Under the pieces are notes generated by a model. The model ran no database searches. It saw nothing but the letters and a program-made list of their open reading frames with translations, and had not been told where the DNA came from. Positions 11,780 to 25,041 of a stretch of DNA of 64,000 nucleotides are shown in pieces. The DNA comes from Takakia lepidozioides (Eukaryota > Plantae > Bryophyta), in assembly GCA_030704615.1 (NCBI GenBank), contig CM060732.1:38068001-38132000 (forward strand), written 5' to 3'. Position 1 is the stretch's first letter, and each line of letters starts with the position of its first letter. The position numbers were made by a program, and so were the translations under genes.

Positions 11780-12489
11780 GCAAGGATGAGGATGTTTACA
11801 GCTGGATCCAGAAACTGAAAATGGATGGCGAGGGCCGGAGCTTTGGCGAGCACAAACTATTTATATCGGCGAAGCTAAATCTCAAATCACGGGCTGATAC
11901 CTAGTATCGCATGCAAAAACCAAGACCCATGAACTGGAATGATTTTCAAGTAGCCATTGTGACCTTAAAATTTGGAGAAGAAGGTCAATCAAGAATGAGG
12001 AAAGTGATGTCAGCAAGGAAGTTTGATGGGGTAGATACAAATGTGGAAGAGTCTGCCACAGGGATAGAGGAGAGATTGTCTCTGATTGAAAAGGATAATC
12101 ACCAGGAATTCACATCGGTGAGTTCCATTGATTGTGAGCCCAGATCAGATCACAAAACAATCAAAAAGTGAGTGTCGCACTACATGTCCATCAAGACAGA
12201 ATCAGATCCGAAGTGAAAAGAATCACCGGCTGGGGCTGCAAGTGGAAACATGTGGAATGCATTATGCTTTTTGGCAAAGAAAGCGGAAGAAGGCTTGGGA
12301 GAGTCAACGTCCGAAAAAGGATGGAGTTCAAAAGTGCAAGCTCTCCTGGCACAAACTTTGTGAATGTGTTTTGTGATATGGAAAAAGAGATCTTGAAAGA
12401 CATATTTTGTTCAACGAAGAGTCAATCAGGTGTCAATGAAGAGTGTGACCTAGATTGCAAGTTCATGTGCAGATCCCAAGGTCTTCTAT

Positions 12490-12932
12490 AAGGGCACATG
12501 TAGATCAAGACAGATTTGGGGAGTTTGGGCATGGCATTGCCAACTCACCAAGGATTGGTGGTACAACCTGTGGAGTGAGTGTCATGAGAAAGGAAGATGA
12601 CAACGAGTCTTGGACAGATCTGATGGAATTGGTGGATGAAGAGTGTACGTTGCTTGCTCAAACCAGTCAGGATCTAGATCAAGATGCACACCTAGATCAA
12701 GACAGATTTGGGGAGTTTGGGCATGGCATTGCCAACTCACCAAGCCTTGGTGGTACAACCTGTGGAGTGAGTGTCATGAGAGAGGAAGATGACAACGAGT
12801 CTTGGACAGATCTGATGGAATGGGTGGAGGAAGAGTGTACGTTGCTTGCTTGAACTAGACAGAATCTAGATCAAGATGCATACCTAGATCAAGACATACT
12901 TGGGGAGTTTGGGCATAGCGTTGCCAACTCAT
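12490..12932. repeat. Tandem repeat, ~192-bp unit, about 2.3 copies
   Basis: AGATCAAGACA(G/T)A(T/C)TTGGGGAGTTTGGGCAT recurs at about 12501, 12694 and 12886. Confidence 0.85.
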
Positions 12933-15291
12933 GAAGGATGGTGGTTGAGTGCACAAGAGACATCAACGTGCATGACAACTTGGGATCAGATGTGAGTCCG
13001 TTGAAATCACCGGTTTGTGCCAAAAGCCAGAGTGTCTCTCCAGCTCTTGAAACTGTAGATGTTGATGCAAGGATACTTGAATTCCCACCCACGGAGCAAA
13101 AGATGGGAGATTTGAGTACCGTTCTCTTTCTCTTCCCAAAACTTTGACGCTATCCCTACATTCCAGATCAAGAATAAACACAACAAGAGTGTTGAAGAGT
13201 ACCCTGGCTGATCTGATAACATTCAGAGGGTAGCCAATGAACTGTGACAAGCAAAGGGCATGGGACCCGGGGACGCTAGGAGATGTGGAAATGCTCAATG
13301 CAAGCACAAGCATTGAAGCAAAATAGGGGGCGCATGTCTTGTGTGGGAGGCGCTCATGACAGTTCAGGTCTTTGTAGAGACTAATCTGCAGCCTATGGAG
13401 CTGGGAAGGCAAAGGCAGAGCAGCTCAAATACCCAGATCGGCAGCATGCCCTCATAAGTTCCTTCAGGGGCACTTGGGGCAGAAACGACATCATCTGCAC
13501 ATGCACGAGAGCGGGAGATTGTGTCTGGCCTGGGGAAATCCCCCCTCAATGGCAACACCACAGAGCCCTCCTCTTCCGCTTCCCCAGAGTTTGATAAATC
13601 GGATGTCAACTAGAAGCATGTGAAGATTGGCACAAGGACCAAGCTGCTCTATAGATAGATCTCCCCTCCTCTCCACTTCTGCACTTAGATTTTCTCTGCT
13701 CTCTACAATGGTTCTATGCAAGGAAAATCTTCTTCAAGGAGTGGTTGGTCCCCCATGTTTATCTATTATGCACAACATAACATCAGAGCCTCTTCAAGGC
13801 TACACGCATTGGGCTTGTCCCATGTTATTTCTGTTTTCTCGATACTGGTTTCGGTCATCGGTTTGTAATCCGTTTCCTGCTCGAAGGTTCTGCAGTACAG
13901 TCATAGTTCATCGGGATATCCGTTACGCCCTGTCATGTGTTAAACCTTATGGCAGCCTTCGGGCATAAAAGGTTTTTAAGTTTTTTCCCTTCAAATAATT
14001 CAAATAAAATTATGAGGCTCAGCACTCTTCTCTAATTTTTAAAAACAAAAAAAACAATATGCCCGTTATATACACCGGTACCATGGTATTACACGCTCGT
14101 GTAATGCACACCGGCGAAATTTCTTTATTTTTACCTCCAAGATCTTTTCTCACAAGAAGCTATTAGGGGGGAGAAAGGGGAAAGGAGCCGTGAAAAGAAA
14201 AGAAATCATCCTATTTCCTTACGCAGGGTAATGCCCCAGGGGAAGGCCCTAGAATCTGGGAATGCCCTCCACTCATGGCATTACCCTATACTTACAATTT
14301 ATACCCTTGTAAAGGACTGGCCTGGATTTCTTAGTTAGAGAGGATGGGGCGAGATTTTCCTCCGGGTAAGGCTGGCACTTTACGCCGGGTAAGGCTAGAG
14401 AGGAGGCACCTTGCCTCCTCGTGTCACCTAAGGTTCCTGCTCTCGTGAGCGGCCCGATCAAGGAGTCCCAGCCATCAAAATGCCGAAATCCTTGCTCAGG
14501 GTGAGGCCCCCATCCTGTCATGTGTTTTACATGCAATTCACCACTTTAGGTTCCATTGAGTCCAAAGAAAATGCCATCTTAGCCAGTTTTTTATGATCAT
14601 GTTTTACACATAGCTCCTTATATTCCGGGCCACCCATATATTTCCTTAAGCTACACCCAAAGGTTAGATCCCGGGACACGTTTCAAATTTTCATCTGGCC
14701 ACGTGGGCCAACCTGATGGGTGATGACCATGGGCTGATATTTTAGCAGCACCCATTGGTAGCGGCTGCAGGTGGACATTACCGAGCGGATGCAGGTGTCC
14801 CTGGCACTGTGCAGAGCAAGCACAGGCTTTGTGCCGGGCCCGATGTGGGCTGTGGCTGGGCTGCATGAAGACAAGTGGGTGAGCGATCGATCTTTGCTGG
14901 TGGGTGATGCAATTCTGAGAGATCTCGTAAAGAGAGAGCTTGGACACATGTGCATGGTGGTTGCACGCCAACAGAGGAGGGGGCCGCCTGCAGTATTCAT
15001 GGCGCTGCCACCTGTGATGGAGTCAGTGCCACGGTGCCCAAGTCCCTCTTCTGGAATTTTGATCCCGTTGTGGATTTCATTTCTCGCAAGAGTACAAATG
15101 AGAAGAATCGAATTCTTCAACTTGTGCGGTGCCTGTCTTGTCTTCTTTGGAGTCTCTGAATCACCGCCTTTGGGGTGTCAACCATAGACCCATGCTCTGT
15201 CTCCCTCCTCTTTCTCTGTCTCGGTGCCCTTGACGGTTACCTTTCAACTCAGATTTTCCCTCCCCTCTGTTATAACGTCTCGACACGCAAC

Positions 15292-16235
15292 ATGGTACGC
15301 TCACAGGCCCCACAAACCTCTCGGTCTGGGCACGCCCATGCAGCGCATGGAGCAAAGAGGGACTCTAGTAGCCGAGTGCCAAAGCCCTCGGGAATTTCTC
15401 GGGAAATTGGTGACAGCGTAGGGTGGTTGGAGGGGGGATCTGCGCACAGGGTGCCGCGTTCTGACCAGCCAAGGAGTGGTGAATCTCGACTTGCACCGGT
15501 TTCCCCACTCGCTCAGCTCCTCCAACAATCTCAGGTGAGCCCCATGGAACCTCTGGTGACCTGTGCAATAATCACGACAGCACGGTGATATGATGTATAA
15601 AGCACATTGTGATATTTCGAACTGAAGATTTTCACCTTGGAAACTTTCGTGTGAGATTTTGTGCACACTCCATTTTGAAAAGTGGAAGGATGCAGTCTTC
15701 AAAATCACAATCCAAACTGATCACAGATCTGGCAAGAGTTACTGAATAGTACTGGTTGTGCTGCCTGATGTAGGTCAGAACCGGGGAGAATAACAGAATG
15801 CTTGTCACCATCACAGTTTTAGGCAGCCCTGGCCCTCTCAAAGTGGTTGTCGATTCCAGTGCCTCAGTCCGAGACGTCATACGACTCGCCCTCGTGGCCT
15901 ATGATCGTGAAAGAAGGCTCCCATCCCTGCCCATTGTTAGCACACGGTTTGATCTATATTGTGGGTATGATGCATCCGAGCCCTTGGACGGGGCCCTGCG
16001 AATTGGACGCTTGGGGGTCAGACATTTCCTTATGTGCAAGAAAGTGGAAGAAGAAGCGCAGGAGTTCAAGCAATCGGAACAGTCCAATGTAGCGTCATGG
16101 CTGACCAAATTTTTGGTGTCGGCAGTGTCCAGCGTTTTTGTGGACATTGTGGAATGTAAGCGTCCAAATTGGGTTTTTGGAGGATTCTCCGTTGAGAGTT
16201 TGGAGCAGAACGCAGCCGTCATCAGATCAATCTAG
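15292..16235 (+). CDS. Plant DUF7054 / At4g22758-like protein; exons 15292-15534 and 15774-16235
   Basis: Family-like block VTITVLGSPGPLKVVV...ALVAYDRERRLP...FDLYC...IGRLGVRHFLMCKK. A phase-0 intron CAG|GTGAGC ... TGTAG|GTC joins the exons in frame. Confidence 0.8.
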
Positions 16236-17719
16236 TTTTATCTCTCCCTTTTACAAGTGCGAACATACCAGGTGACAAAATTCCAATTGGCTTGCAGAGA
16301 TTCTTGCAACACTGCCGTAGCATAGCTGAAGCTGTCAATGAGTAACATGGACGAGTGTGGAGCAGAATACGAGCAAAAGGCTTTCTGAAGTTGCCAGCTC
16401 TTTCTCCCACTACTAATCATCCCCTTCACCAAATCCCCTGCACCAATTATGTTTGCAGAGGTTGTATTATACAATGTGAAATGGGACCTGGCTAAATTTA
16501 GGAGTTGATGCCCTAGCGAATGCATTCCAGATCCTCCTAGTCATTACCCTACTGCAATGATTCTTGCGAGGAAGAAAGGTTCATGCCGGGGCAATCCCAC
16601 CTGGAGAAGAACAAGTTACTCCTATGGATTGACCTTGTACAATAATCTAGTGAATTACCATGAACTTTCTCCAGAAGCAGTACGATATGAGCACAGTAGT
16701 TGCCCAAATTGTGCAGGCAGTCTACATAGCACACAGAATGCTACCAGTCTTGTACTGATCTTTACTGTAGGTACCCTCAAGATGAGTGCGAGCCAATTCC
16801 ACAGGGTAAGACTGGTGAATTGTAGTGTAGTTCAGATTTAAGCCTATGCATCCTTTCGTGAGGAGAGGGTTCCAGTGAAGTTGGCGCTTTGTCGACCCAA
16901 ATACTGTATATTCCAATGTGCAGAGCAGTGACTGTATGATACTTTTTCGAATGTGTTTTGGTAGGTGTCTGTATATCCTTTTCTCCCTTCTGAACTTTTT
17001 CTAAGGTGAGCTGATCAAAGTGTAAATCATAAAGATAGGGCAGACACATGACGATGTGTACAGACAGCTTTCACCTTTGCACAAGCTGAAGTTTTGTAAG
17101 TGGGGATTGTGAATCAGGAAATTTGTCACTCAGGACAATGTGCAGACCTATGTTATATTATGCTGTTCCGAGTATGCCAGTTCTAACTTCCGCAACAAGA
17201 CTTGGACTTCATTAAGTGCTGACCACTTTGCTACTTACAAACCTGGCAACTTGTTATACTTTGTTTATGTGGTATCTAATGAGTCAACCATAGCACCTTG
17301 TTTGTCCCCAAAAACGTTGACAGCTAGAAAATATAAATGATAGAATGCCCTGGCTAGTCTGCCATGACCCTTCATGAGCAGATCAATTTGATCTAAGCCA
17401 TGACAAACCTTCCAACCCCGTGTGTATCTTCGTTGGCAAGATGTGCTTGCAACCATACTGTGAGTACCACTTCATGTTCAATTGGCAACTGTAGTTGGCA
17501 TTTGAGCAGCTTGCCAAATTTACCTGGCACAGCTTACGCTACTCAATCTGTCTCTAAACTGTCTATTCCAGATACCCAATCTTTCACTTATGGAACTGCA
17601 CGTCAGGGGCACATGGAAATTAGCCACTCAACAACAAAATTGTACTTCCATCTGGAGATATTCTTGATTCTCCGTGACACGAGACCTAATTACTAGTCTG
17701 CAGCTCTATCTCCCTCTCT

Positions 17720-18197
17720 TATGAGAGCACCGGGAGGTTCAGGGTGGGTTCCCACAGTCTGGATAGAGTGTACTCAAAGACGTTGTTTGCCGTAGCCTTG
17801 TGGCCATTGACCCGCGCCCAGTTTGTGCAGAACATGAAGGGACAGAAACTACCTTTATCAGGAGCTGACGTCGGTCTGCGGATAGAGACTGGTAGAAGGC
17901 ACAACTTGCAATCTGTGCACCGTCTGTGCCCTGCTTGCCATGGGAATAACAGGAACATCGGAAATGATCAAGAATAAAATTTCTTCTTTCACTGCCCTTT
18001 CTACTATGAGGGCCGTGGGATACCGGGATAGCTAATCTCTCATGGAGGTTTTCCAGCTGACCTGCCTCTATCGTTGACTCTTTAGACAATCCCATGAGCA
18101 ATAGTTGCTCTTGGGCTGGTGCCTATCTCTTTCTTGTTCTGCCTTCCTCTTGTCCCATAAGCTCTTTGAGCTTCCCGCGGATGTTATAAGATACCAT
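17720..18197 (-). mobile_element. Possible decayed LINE APE endonuclease 5' fragment
   Basis: MVSYNIRG resembles the APE start motif S(W/Y)N(V/I)RG. The rest is degenerate. Confidence 0.3.
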
Positions 18198-18334
18198 CTC
18201 ATTTCAGGTCATGGATGGGAAATTTAGTTTGTGTGAGCCTCTCTTTCCGGACTAGATCTCTAGATATAAAATTCCAAAATTTTGGGACTCAACTTGTTTA
18301 AGATTAGAAAGCAGACGGCAAATCTCACTTGTTT

Positions 18335-19057
18335 CTAGCTGAAAGGGTTCGTTCTCCGATAGAAGGTGTCCCTTATTACAGGCTTGCGAGCATGTGCTGG
18401 CTTGGCAAGGTTGGCATGTGATGTAGTACTTCCATACACACTCGGTGCCGTCTGGTATGCCCCACTTTCCTTTACTAAAGTAGGATTATTGTTGCAGTAG
18501 GCAATGCTATGTTTGCAGTAGTAAGTTTCTTTCGGACATTTTGAACAATGTGGAGTTACAGCGTTTCTTCCTATGTCATACTGAAATTGGGGTCCATCAA
18601 ATCGAGTCGGTATGCGTTGACCAATCTCAGCATATTTTTCCTTCATCTTCTTAATCTCATGGCCTGCCATTGCAAGAGCTGTCTTCAAATGTTTTCCTTC
18701 TTCCTTGATTTGGCTGCGGTATTGCTTAGTGCGGCACACGTTGCTACACTCATCGCGCTTTGAAAAATCTGAACTAAGAAGGCCTTTATTCTCTGTTTGA
18801 GACTTGGCATACGTGCTCTTGTCAATGTATCCATCGCCGTCTGAGACCCATGGATGCTCTTTTTGAAAGAATACATCGTTGGTCTGGAAACCTTGTCTGG
18901 CAGTGTGAGATTGCATCTGCTTCCCCTTGAAGGCACTTCGACTCTTGGGCAATCTATTGGTATATGGATTCGGGGAATCTGCTGTGCCCACATTGATGTA
19001 GCTTGTGGTGGCGAAAACTCCTTGAAGGGCACGCTCCGTCAGCTGATTGTTATTCAT
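18335..19057 (-). CDS. Probable cilia/flagella-associated protein with a CFAP96/UPF0602-like N-terminus; single coding exon
   Basis: Intact ~240-aa ORF from MNNNQ. GVF..TSYINVG..PY...KGKQM...FF.......DGDGYID resembles the CFAP96 N-terminus. SSDFSKRDE.SN..RT.QYR is recalled from algal and protist flagellar proteins. Confidence 0.6.
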   Translation of the reverse strand: MNNNQLTERALQGVFATTSYINVGTADSPNPYTNRLPKSRSAFKGKQMQSHTARQGFQTNDVFFQKEHPWVSDGDGYIDKSTYAKSQTENKGLLSSDFSKRDECSNVCRTKQYRSQIKEEGKHLKTALAMAGHEIKKMKEKYAEIGQRIPTRFDGPQFQYDIGRNAVTPHCSKCPKETYYCKHSIAYCNNNPTLVKESGAYQTAPSVYGSTTSHANLAKPAHARKPVIRDTFYRRTNPFS

Positions 19058-20388
19058 CTTAAATAACCTTGCTCCTGGAACTAATTGCCCAGGTGGGACC
19101 TCAACTATATTCTTCGAGCCATAAATGATCAAAACTGAAGTTTATGAGCTCTTAGCTCAATCTCTCAAGAGTTTCTTCCTTTCATTTCTCTAGAAACTGC
19201 GCCCACTCCCCACCCCAATCCCCCCCCCCCCCCCCTCCCCACCACCACCACCACCACCGTCTCCAAACACCTCGTGGAGTCGTCCACTCAAACCCAAGAT
19301 TTCTGAGCCAGATGCGAACCGAATATGATAGAACAAATAACAGGAGAGGTCGTATGTAATCAGATTGTGAACCTTGTCAATTCGTTGCTCTCTGTCAGGA
19401 CACAGTGTCATCGACACGAAAGGTTAACAGATGAGGTGGGAGACCCAACACCCTCCTAGCGTTTTGATGGAATGTGTAATTTACTTCCTGCAATATAGCA
19501 AGATTCACCTGAAGAGTTCTGTTTCAATGAGAAAACTAACTATGCAAAGTTCCCTTGAATTTCTAAGGTCAAAAGCATTAGTAGTGCCTGCTCAAGACAT
19601 GCAGACTGAGAGCCCTTCAAGCTTGAATTGCTTAAACAAGTTTGGCCTTGCCAGACGTCCCAGATGCTCTAAAGTCGGGCGAATACGCACTCCTATCACG
19701 TCTGTCCTGAAATGTTGGGGCAACCGCAGAATCCCGACGTTACATGCCCAATCTTTCAAAGCCAAAGCACTGGTTCCACACCTCATCCACTTGGCAGACA
19801 GGAGAGAAGTTGATTCACCTAAACTTTGTATGTTGGGGAGCTGGAAATCACATACCCATTTTGGAGGAACGAGGAATCGTCCAACCGTTTCGGGAGACCG
19901 CTGGACGTTTCTCTTCAACAGTAAAACGTCAGATGACCATACAGAGGAGACGAGGCGACACGCTGGAACCGGCGTGGCCGACGACAACTGTTGTGCTTGA
20001 GTTGAATCTCTTCGTGGTGACCCAAACCAATTTTTTCCTCACAGGGAAAGAAAGAAGAGACTTCAAATCGTCATAACGTCCACAGAGGGCCAGGAGAGTC
20101 TTCATCTGAATGATCTATACGTGTATTGGGCACCGGAACCTGGAGATATTGGAATGAGGTACGTGACCAACAGTAAGGTGATGGCCGTTTGAGTGAGATC
20201 ACATACCTTGGCGTTGAACTGCAACCCCACAAACTGCTCCGGTAGTTGTTATAATCTAGCGGAGACTACGCCCTGAAGGGTAAGTGATACAACTTAATTA
20301 CTTGCTCTAGCAATCTACCAATTTGAGTATAGTATGACATTGTTCTCTGACTCTTATTATTAGGACTTCTTCAGACTTTTGCAGAGTT

Positions 20389-21006
20389 ATGGCGGACTCA
20401 ACTTGGGACACAGATACCCCACTTACCCCACAACCGATAAGCCCACGATCGCTCGAAAACTCCCACACTAATACGCTGAGTCCAGAAATCCCAAGGACAG
20501 GGACAGGAGCAAGGGACCCTTTTAAAAGTGATCACGATTTTGAAGAGCGAACTATGCGCAAGCCAGCGGTCATGACCTGGATAGACCGACGATCTTTGCA
20601 CTGTGGCAAAGCGTGCGCAATTCCCCCCGACTAGCATCACCACCCAATCCTGAAGAATATAAGTCATTCGGACATGCAACCTTTCAGGCAGAGCAGGGTG
20701 GAAGAATGGCTTGTGCGTGCACATAAGAGAAACCCAAAGGAGAAATTCGGCCCCTATCTATGTAGAGCGGCTGCTCTGGCCTGTTCTGAACTCAAAAAAA
20801 GCAGGAAACAATGTTTTGGAGATGAATACAAAGACCACATTGATAAATTTGTTATGAGACTTTTCTATGGTATGAAACTAAAGCTCGAGCGCTCGGAGTC
20901 AGTGATCCTGGGAGTGGATGAGGAGACATTCATTTTACAACTTCTGATAGAAGAGTGTGAGACACAGTACAACTCTGGCGAACTTTATCCACAGCAAGGA
21001 CACTAG
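20389..21006 (+). pseudogene. Orphan ~205-codon ORF with one in-frame TAG (20632-20634)
   Basis: ORFs 20389-20634 and 20674-21006 share a frame. A canonical intron GTAAGT (20280) ... TTTTGCAG (20383) ends just before the ATG. Confidence 0.4.
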
Positions 21007-21279
21007 CACGGGCTTTCCGAGAAAATGTCGGCTCCTTAAGACTTACCAAGCTCAATAGGGGTTTCTGAGACTTTCATTGGGAGCTATGATCCGTGTAGAA
21101 ACACTAACCCTCTCAAATGTAGTACCACACACGTGATAAGAGAGAGATTTGCTTACATTAATATCCAAGAATTAACGATAGAGAGAGACAAAAGTCTCTC
21201 TTAATGTTAAGTGACATCTACTCTTGAGATTTCAAGAGCTGTAATGAATACATTTGGATGAATGTTCAATTATCATCCA

Positions 21280-21710
21280 ACCCTCCCCTTAATGAAAACA
21301 CTCAATCATCTACATCCAAATCCTAAGACCGGTCACTGATTAAAAAAAATCAAACAAGTCCAATGGAACCATAGCATAGAGAATGGTTGGGGGAATGGTG
21401 AGCAAGTCAGCCCACATATCTTCAGCTGAACAAAACTGTAAGCTCAATGTCCTTATTCTCAACTTTCTCACCAAGAAGTGATACAGTAATTCAATATGTT
21501 TGGCTCTGTCGTGAAATTGAGGATTCCATGTCAAGGCAATACAGGACTGTTTATCACTTGTAACAATAAAGACGTGTGGATTTAGGTTGTGGAAATCATA
21601 AATTTTTGAAGTAGTTTGCGGATCCAAATTCTCTCTTTAGCTGCTCATGCTGCAGCTACATACTGTGATTTCGTGGATTAAAGAGCAATCGTAGCTTGTT
21701 TCCTACATAG
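21280..21710 (-). mobile_element. Ty1/copia RNase H remnant plus PPT
   Basis: KQATIAL.STKSQYVAA and DKQSCIAL..NPQFHDRAKHIELLYHF...DMWADLLT. PPT TTAAGGGGAGGG on the minus strand near 21280. Confidence 0.8.
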
Positions 21711-21837
21711 CCTGAAGTAGACTTACTAGACTCAGGATCACCCACCCAATCACTATCTGTCCAGCCTTCAAATTGAAAGTGGGACTCTTGCTTGGATCGA
21801 GGAGCAATATATGTAATCCCCAATTTACTTGTAGATT

Positions 21838-22370
21838 TCTTATTTATTTTTTGGATAAAGGGGGAAATATTCTTTATTTCCCCGATATTTTATTTATGAG
21901 GTGAAAAATAAAACCCCATAGGGCCATATAGCAAACACACCACCTGGTGAGGGACCAACCCAGAGACTAAAATAGAGAGAGAACCATCCTGCTGGATGAA
22001 TGAAGGAGCTACCACCATAGACAGACCCCTATGGAAAAGCTAAGAAAGAAGCTAGAGCCTAGGGGCTGTGAGCTCCAGCGTCAGAGACCAGAACACGATT
22101 TGCAATGCGAAGGCGCCAGATCGAGCAACTGAGAGACAGGGCCCTAGCACACAATTCGGCCAGGGCAACCATCCGGGCCTAGAGGAGAAGAGAGAGCCAA
22201 GCCTGGACCGGTGGCGTAAAGGGATAGATAGAGTGTAAATGGACGATTTGAGACTCGGAAATGCAGGAGTTTGAGAGCCAGGCCCGGGGAGATGCTGGTG
22301 GAGTCTCCCTTTACGACGCCCCTGGAGGAAGATCGCAGCAGCAGGGCCATCACCCAGAGCCGAGTCCCAA
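21838..22370 (-). mobile_element. Possible LINE 3' end remnant
   Basis: The reverse complement resembles the 3' UTR and A-rich tail of the LINE at 24545-24670. Confidence 0.35.
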
Positions 22371-23144
22371 TCCTTAGATTTTAGGTATCAAAAAATGCGG
22401 TTAACAACATTCCCGGCAATGCAATATACTTGGATTGCCCAGATAATTTATATATTGTATCTGAGCTAGCTAGTGCTCAAACGATCCATAGAGATCTAAC
22501 AAGAGTCAACACTACCATAGTACATGGGCAATTTTGACACAAATTTTAATATTTCAAAGATTGTTGAAAATTTGGAAATTGAATTTGAGAAAGTAAATAA
22601 CTTGTGAATGGTAATAAAGCATCTTTGGGAATATTTCATATATCGAAATGGAATTCTCAAAATAAAATAAATATTCGATCTTGGTACTACATTAGTAGAT
22701 AGGCTAGTCAAACGACTATCAAAGAAGATCTAAAATATATTATATTTAAACGAAATTTTGCATCAATATAGTACACCATAAACACACATATGTTGAACAA
22801 TACTATTCCTAGGCATAAAAAGCCCATGAAAGAATATTCATGGTGAAAAAAAAACTCAAATAAGTCATGGAGACAGTTGAGTCAACATTTTAAAGTGTCA
22901 TTTAAGCATGTACATAACCATTTATGTTGTTAATGCTTGGATTCCAACAAACTTGTCTCATAAACTTTATAGAGTTATGTCATGCGGCATCAACTTAAGG
23001 ATGAGAATCTAAGGTGTCATCCTAACAGCACCACTATTGGTGCATTTGAACTTCAAATGAGTAGTTTCTCCAACAATAACTTTCTTTTGATAATCAGATT
23101 TCATGCGGCATCAACTTAAGCATCAACTTAAGGATGAGAATCTA

Positions 23145-24670
23145 CGATAAGGGTCTGCGGCTGGAGCTCCCCCACGAAAGACATGAACCCCGGGCCAGAT
23201 CCATCCATCCCTACTTGTACCGGGCTGGCACAGAGTTCCTTCCTATGGGTGCTGGGAAGACCCTTGGCAGAACTGCAATTCGACCCCAAGGAGTGGACTT
23301 GGACTTTCAAAAATTCGCCGGTCCCCTTTTTCGCTTACACCACTAGGAAGGCCTACAAGGCCTTGGCAGATCCTAAGCCTCTCCATGTCAAATGGAACAC
23401 CAAATGGCAATCCTTTGGCTTTCAAAATGAAAACTGGAAGGCAATTTGGAAATCCATATGGATAAAAACCAGGCCTGCAAAAATCTCTGCATTCCTATGG
23501 CAGATCGCGAATAGGGTACTTAAGGTAGGAGAATGGCTCCAATTCCACGATGCACTACTATGTTGTTGCTGTACCTCGGGATTGATAGAAACATTAGAGC
23601 ACTGCCTTCTAGGATGCCATGCTCCAATTAAAGTCTGGAACGCAGTTAAAGGGCTCTACAAAGATTGGAATCCGTAGCCCTGTTACCCATACACCTCTGC
23701 TTAATTATGATATGAACTCCAAAGGACAGGCTCATGAATGTCCGGTCTTCGAATGCTTGCGAGCCTCCACGCTATGGCACATATGGAAAGCGCGTTGTGC
23801 TTGGTCTTTCTCAGGGTCCACATGCTCTCTGTCAGTCTTGTTAGCTAGAATCTTCTGGGATCTGCAAATTGAGGCAAGAAAGGCTTGGATAAAGTTATGT
23901 GCAGACATTCAAAGAGCACCTCAATGTGCAGCAGCACTACATGCAGCCTTCAAGAACACCTGGGCCACCAACGGACATATCTGCAGTTCTCCCGATCAGT
24001 CAAGCTGCAACTGGACAACGATCCCCCCAGTCAGCTGGAGGAATCTCGGGTCGGCACTCCATGGCGGCATCCCCGGAATTCGATAGGGATATAAACTGGA
24101 GGCATATCAAGACAGCAGCCAGGCTGAGATTCCGATAGTCATCGTTCTTGCCACCTTCTCGCTCTCATAAATTTATATTCAGTTGATTTTGCATGCACAA
24201 TCACTCAACTACAAAGCCTTTGGCAGGCGAGGCTTGTCCGCCGCGACCCCCTAACAGCATAGCATAGGATTCTAGCCCTAGTTTTCCTTGCTGTATCTCT
24301 CCGAAACAGGGAAGAAAGCATCCGTGCAGGATGGAGGCCATAGGGCCGTTCTTTAGCACTTAGCTGCTTTTACACGATGCATCCACCCCATATGGATGAT
24401 CCATCTATATGATCCATCCACCCCATAGGTTTAAGGTTCCAATCAACTCTTCAAGAGAGGGTAGATCCATCTATCACTGATTACAGTGTGTGTCCTTCTC
24501 AAGCGAGGGTAGTTCAATCTATCACTGACTACAGTGTGTGTGCCTACATGGCGAGTCATAGGGGTTTTAATTTTTTTCCCCGACAAATAAACTTAATAAA
24601 TACCCAGGGCTACTACCCCTTTCCCTTAAAAATAATTTTTAAAATAAAATAAAAAATAAAAAATAAAAAA
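23145..24670 (+). mobile_element. 5'-truncated L1-like LINE (zf-RVT region, 3' UTR, A-rich tail)
   Basis: WKSIW...PAKISAFLWQ...C..C....ETLEHCLLGC..W and LWHIWKARC; (A)nT tail; AATCTA on both sides as a candidate TSD. Confidence 0.85.
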
Positions 24671-25041
24671 TCTAAGGTGTCATCCTAACAGCACCACTAT
24701 TGGTGCATTTGAACTTCAAATGAGTAGTTTCTCCAACAATAACTTTCTTTTGATAATCAGATTGTCTCTGATTTGATAGCAAGCTGGTCACAACAACGAC
24801 TTCCACTTTGATATGAACAAAGTCTCAATTCGACCAAGGGAGCACATGCTGGAGGCCACGACTGTATACATCTTCTTTAATCAAAAATTACTATTATATG
24901 AATATGCATTAATAGCATTGTTGGACTCTTGATTGTTTTCATTGAAGGAGGGTGTTAGAAACCAATTCTATATTCAACATATCATATGGTGAATCTTGAA
25001 AGGACACAACTCAGGACAAGAGTTATGATTTGTGCGACTTA

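Larger units (their letters stand above)
6197..12170 (+). mobile_element. Older plus-strand LTR element (PBS plus gag N-terminus) that hosts the chromovirus insertion; right end undefined
   Basis: PBS TGGTATCAGAGC at 6197-6208. Removing the insert and one GCAAG restores MVTNIPFYGSK|DEDVYSWIQKL...AKLNLKSRADT, a Gag-like N-terminus. Confidence 0.7.

Noticed and set aside
20632-20640. Programmed stop-codon readthrough
   Set aside because: The context TAG CAT CAC does not fit the TAG CAR YYA motif.
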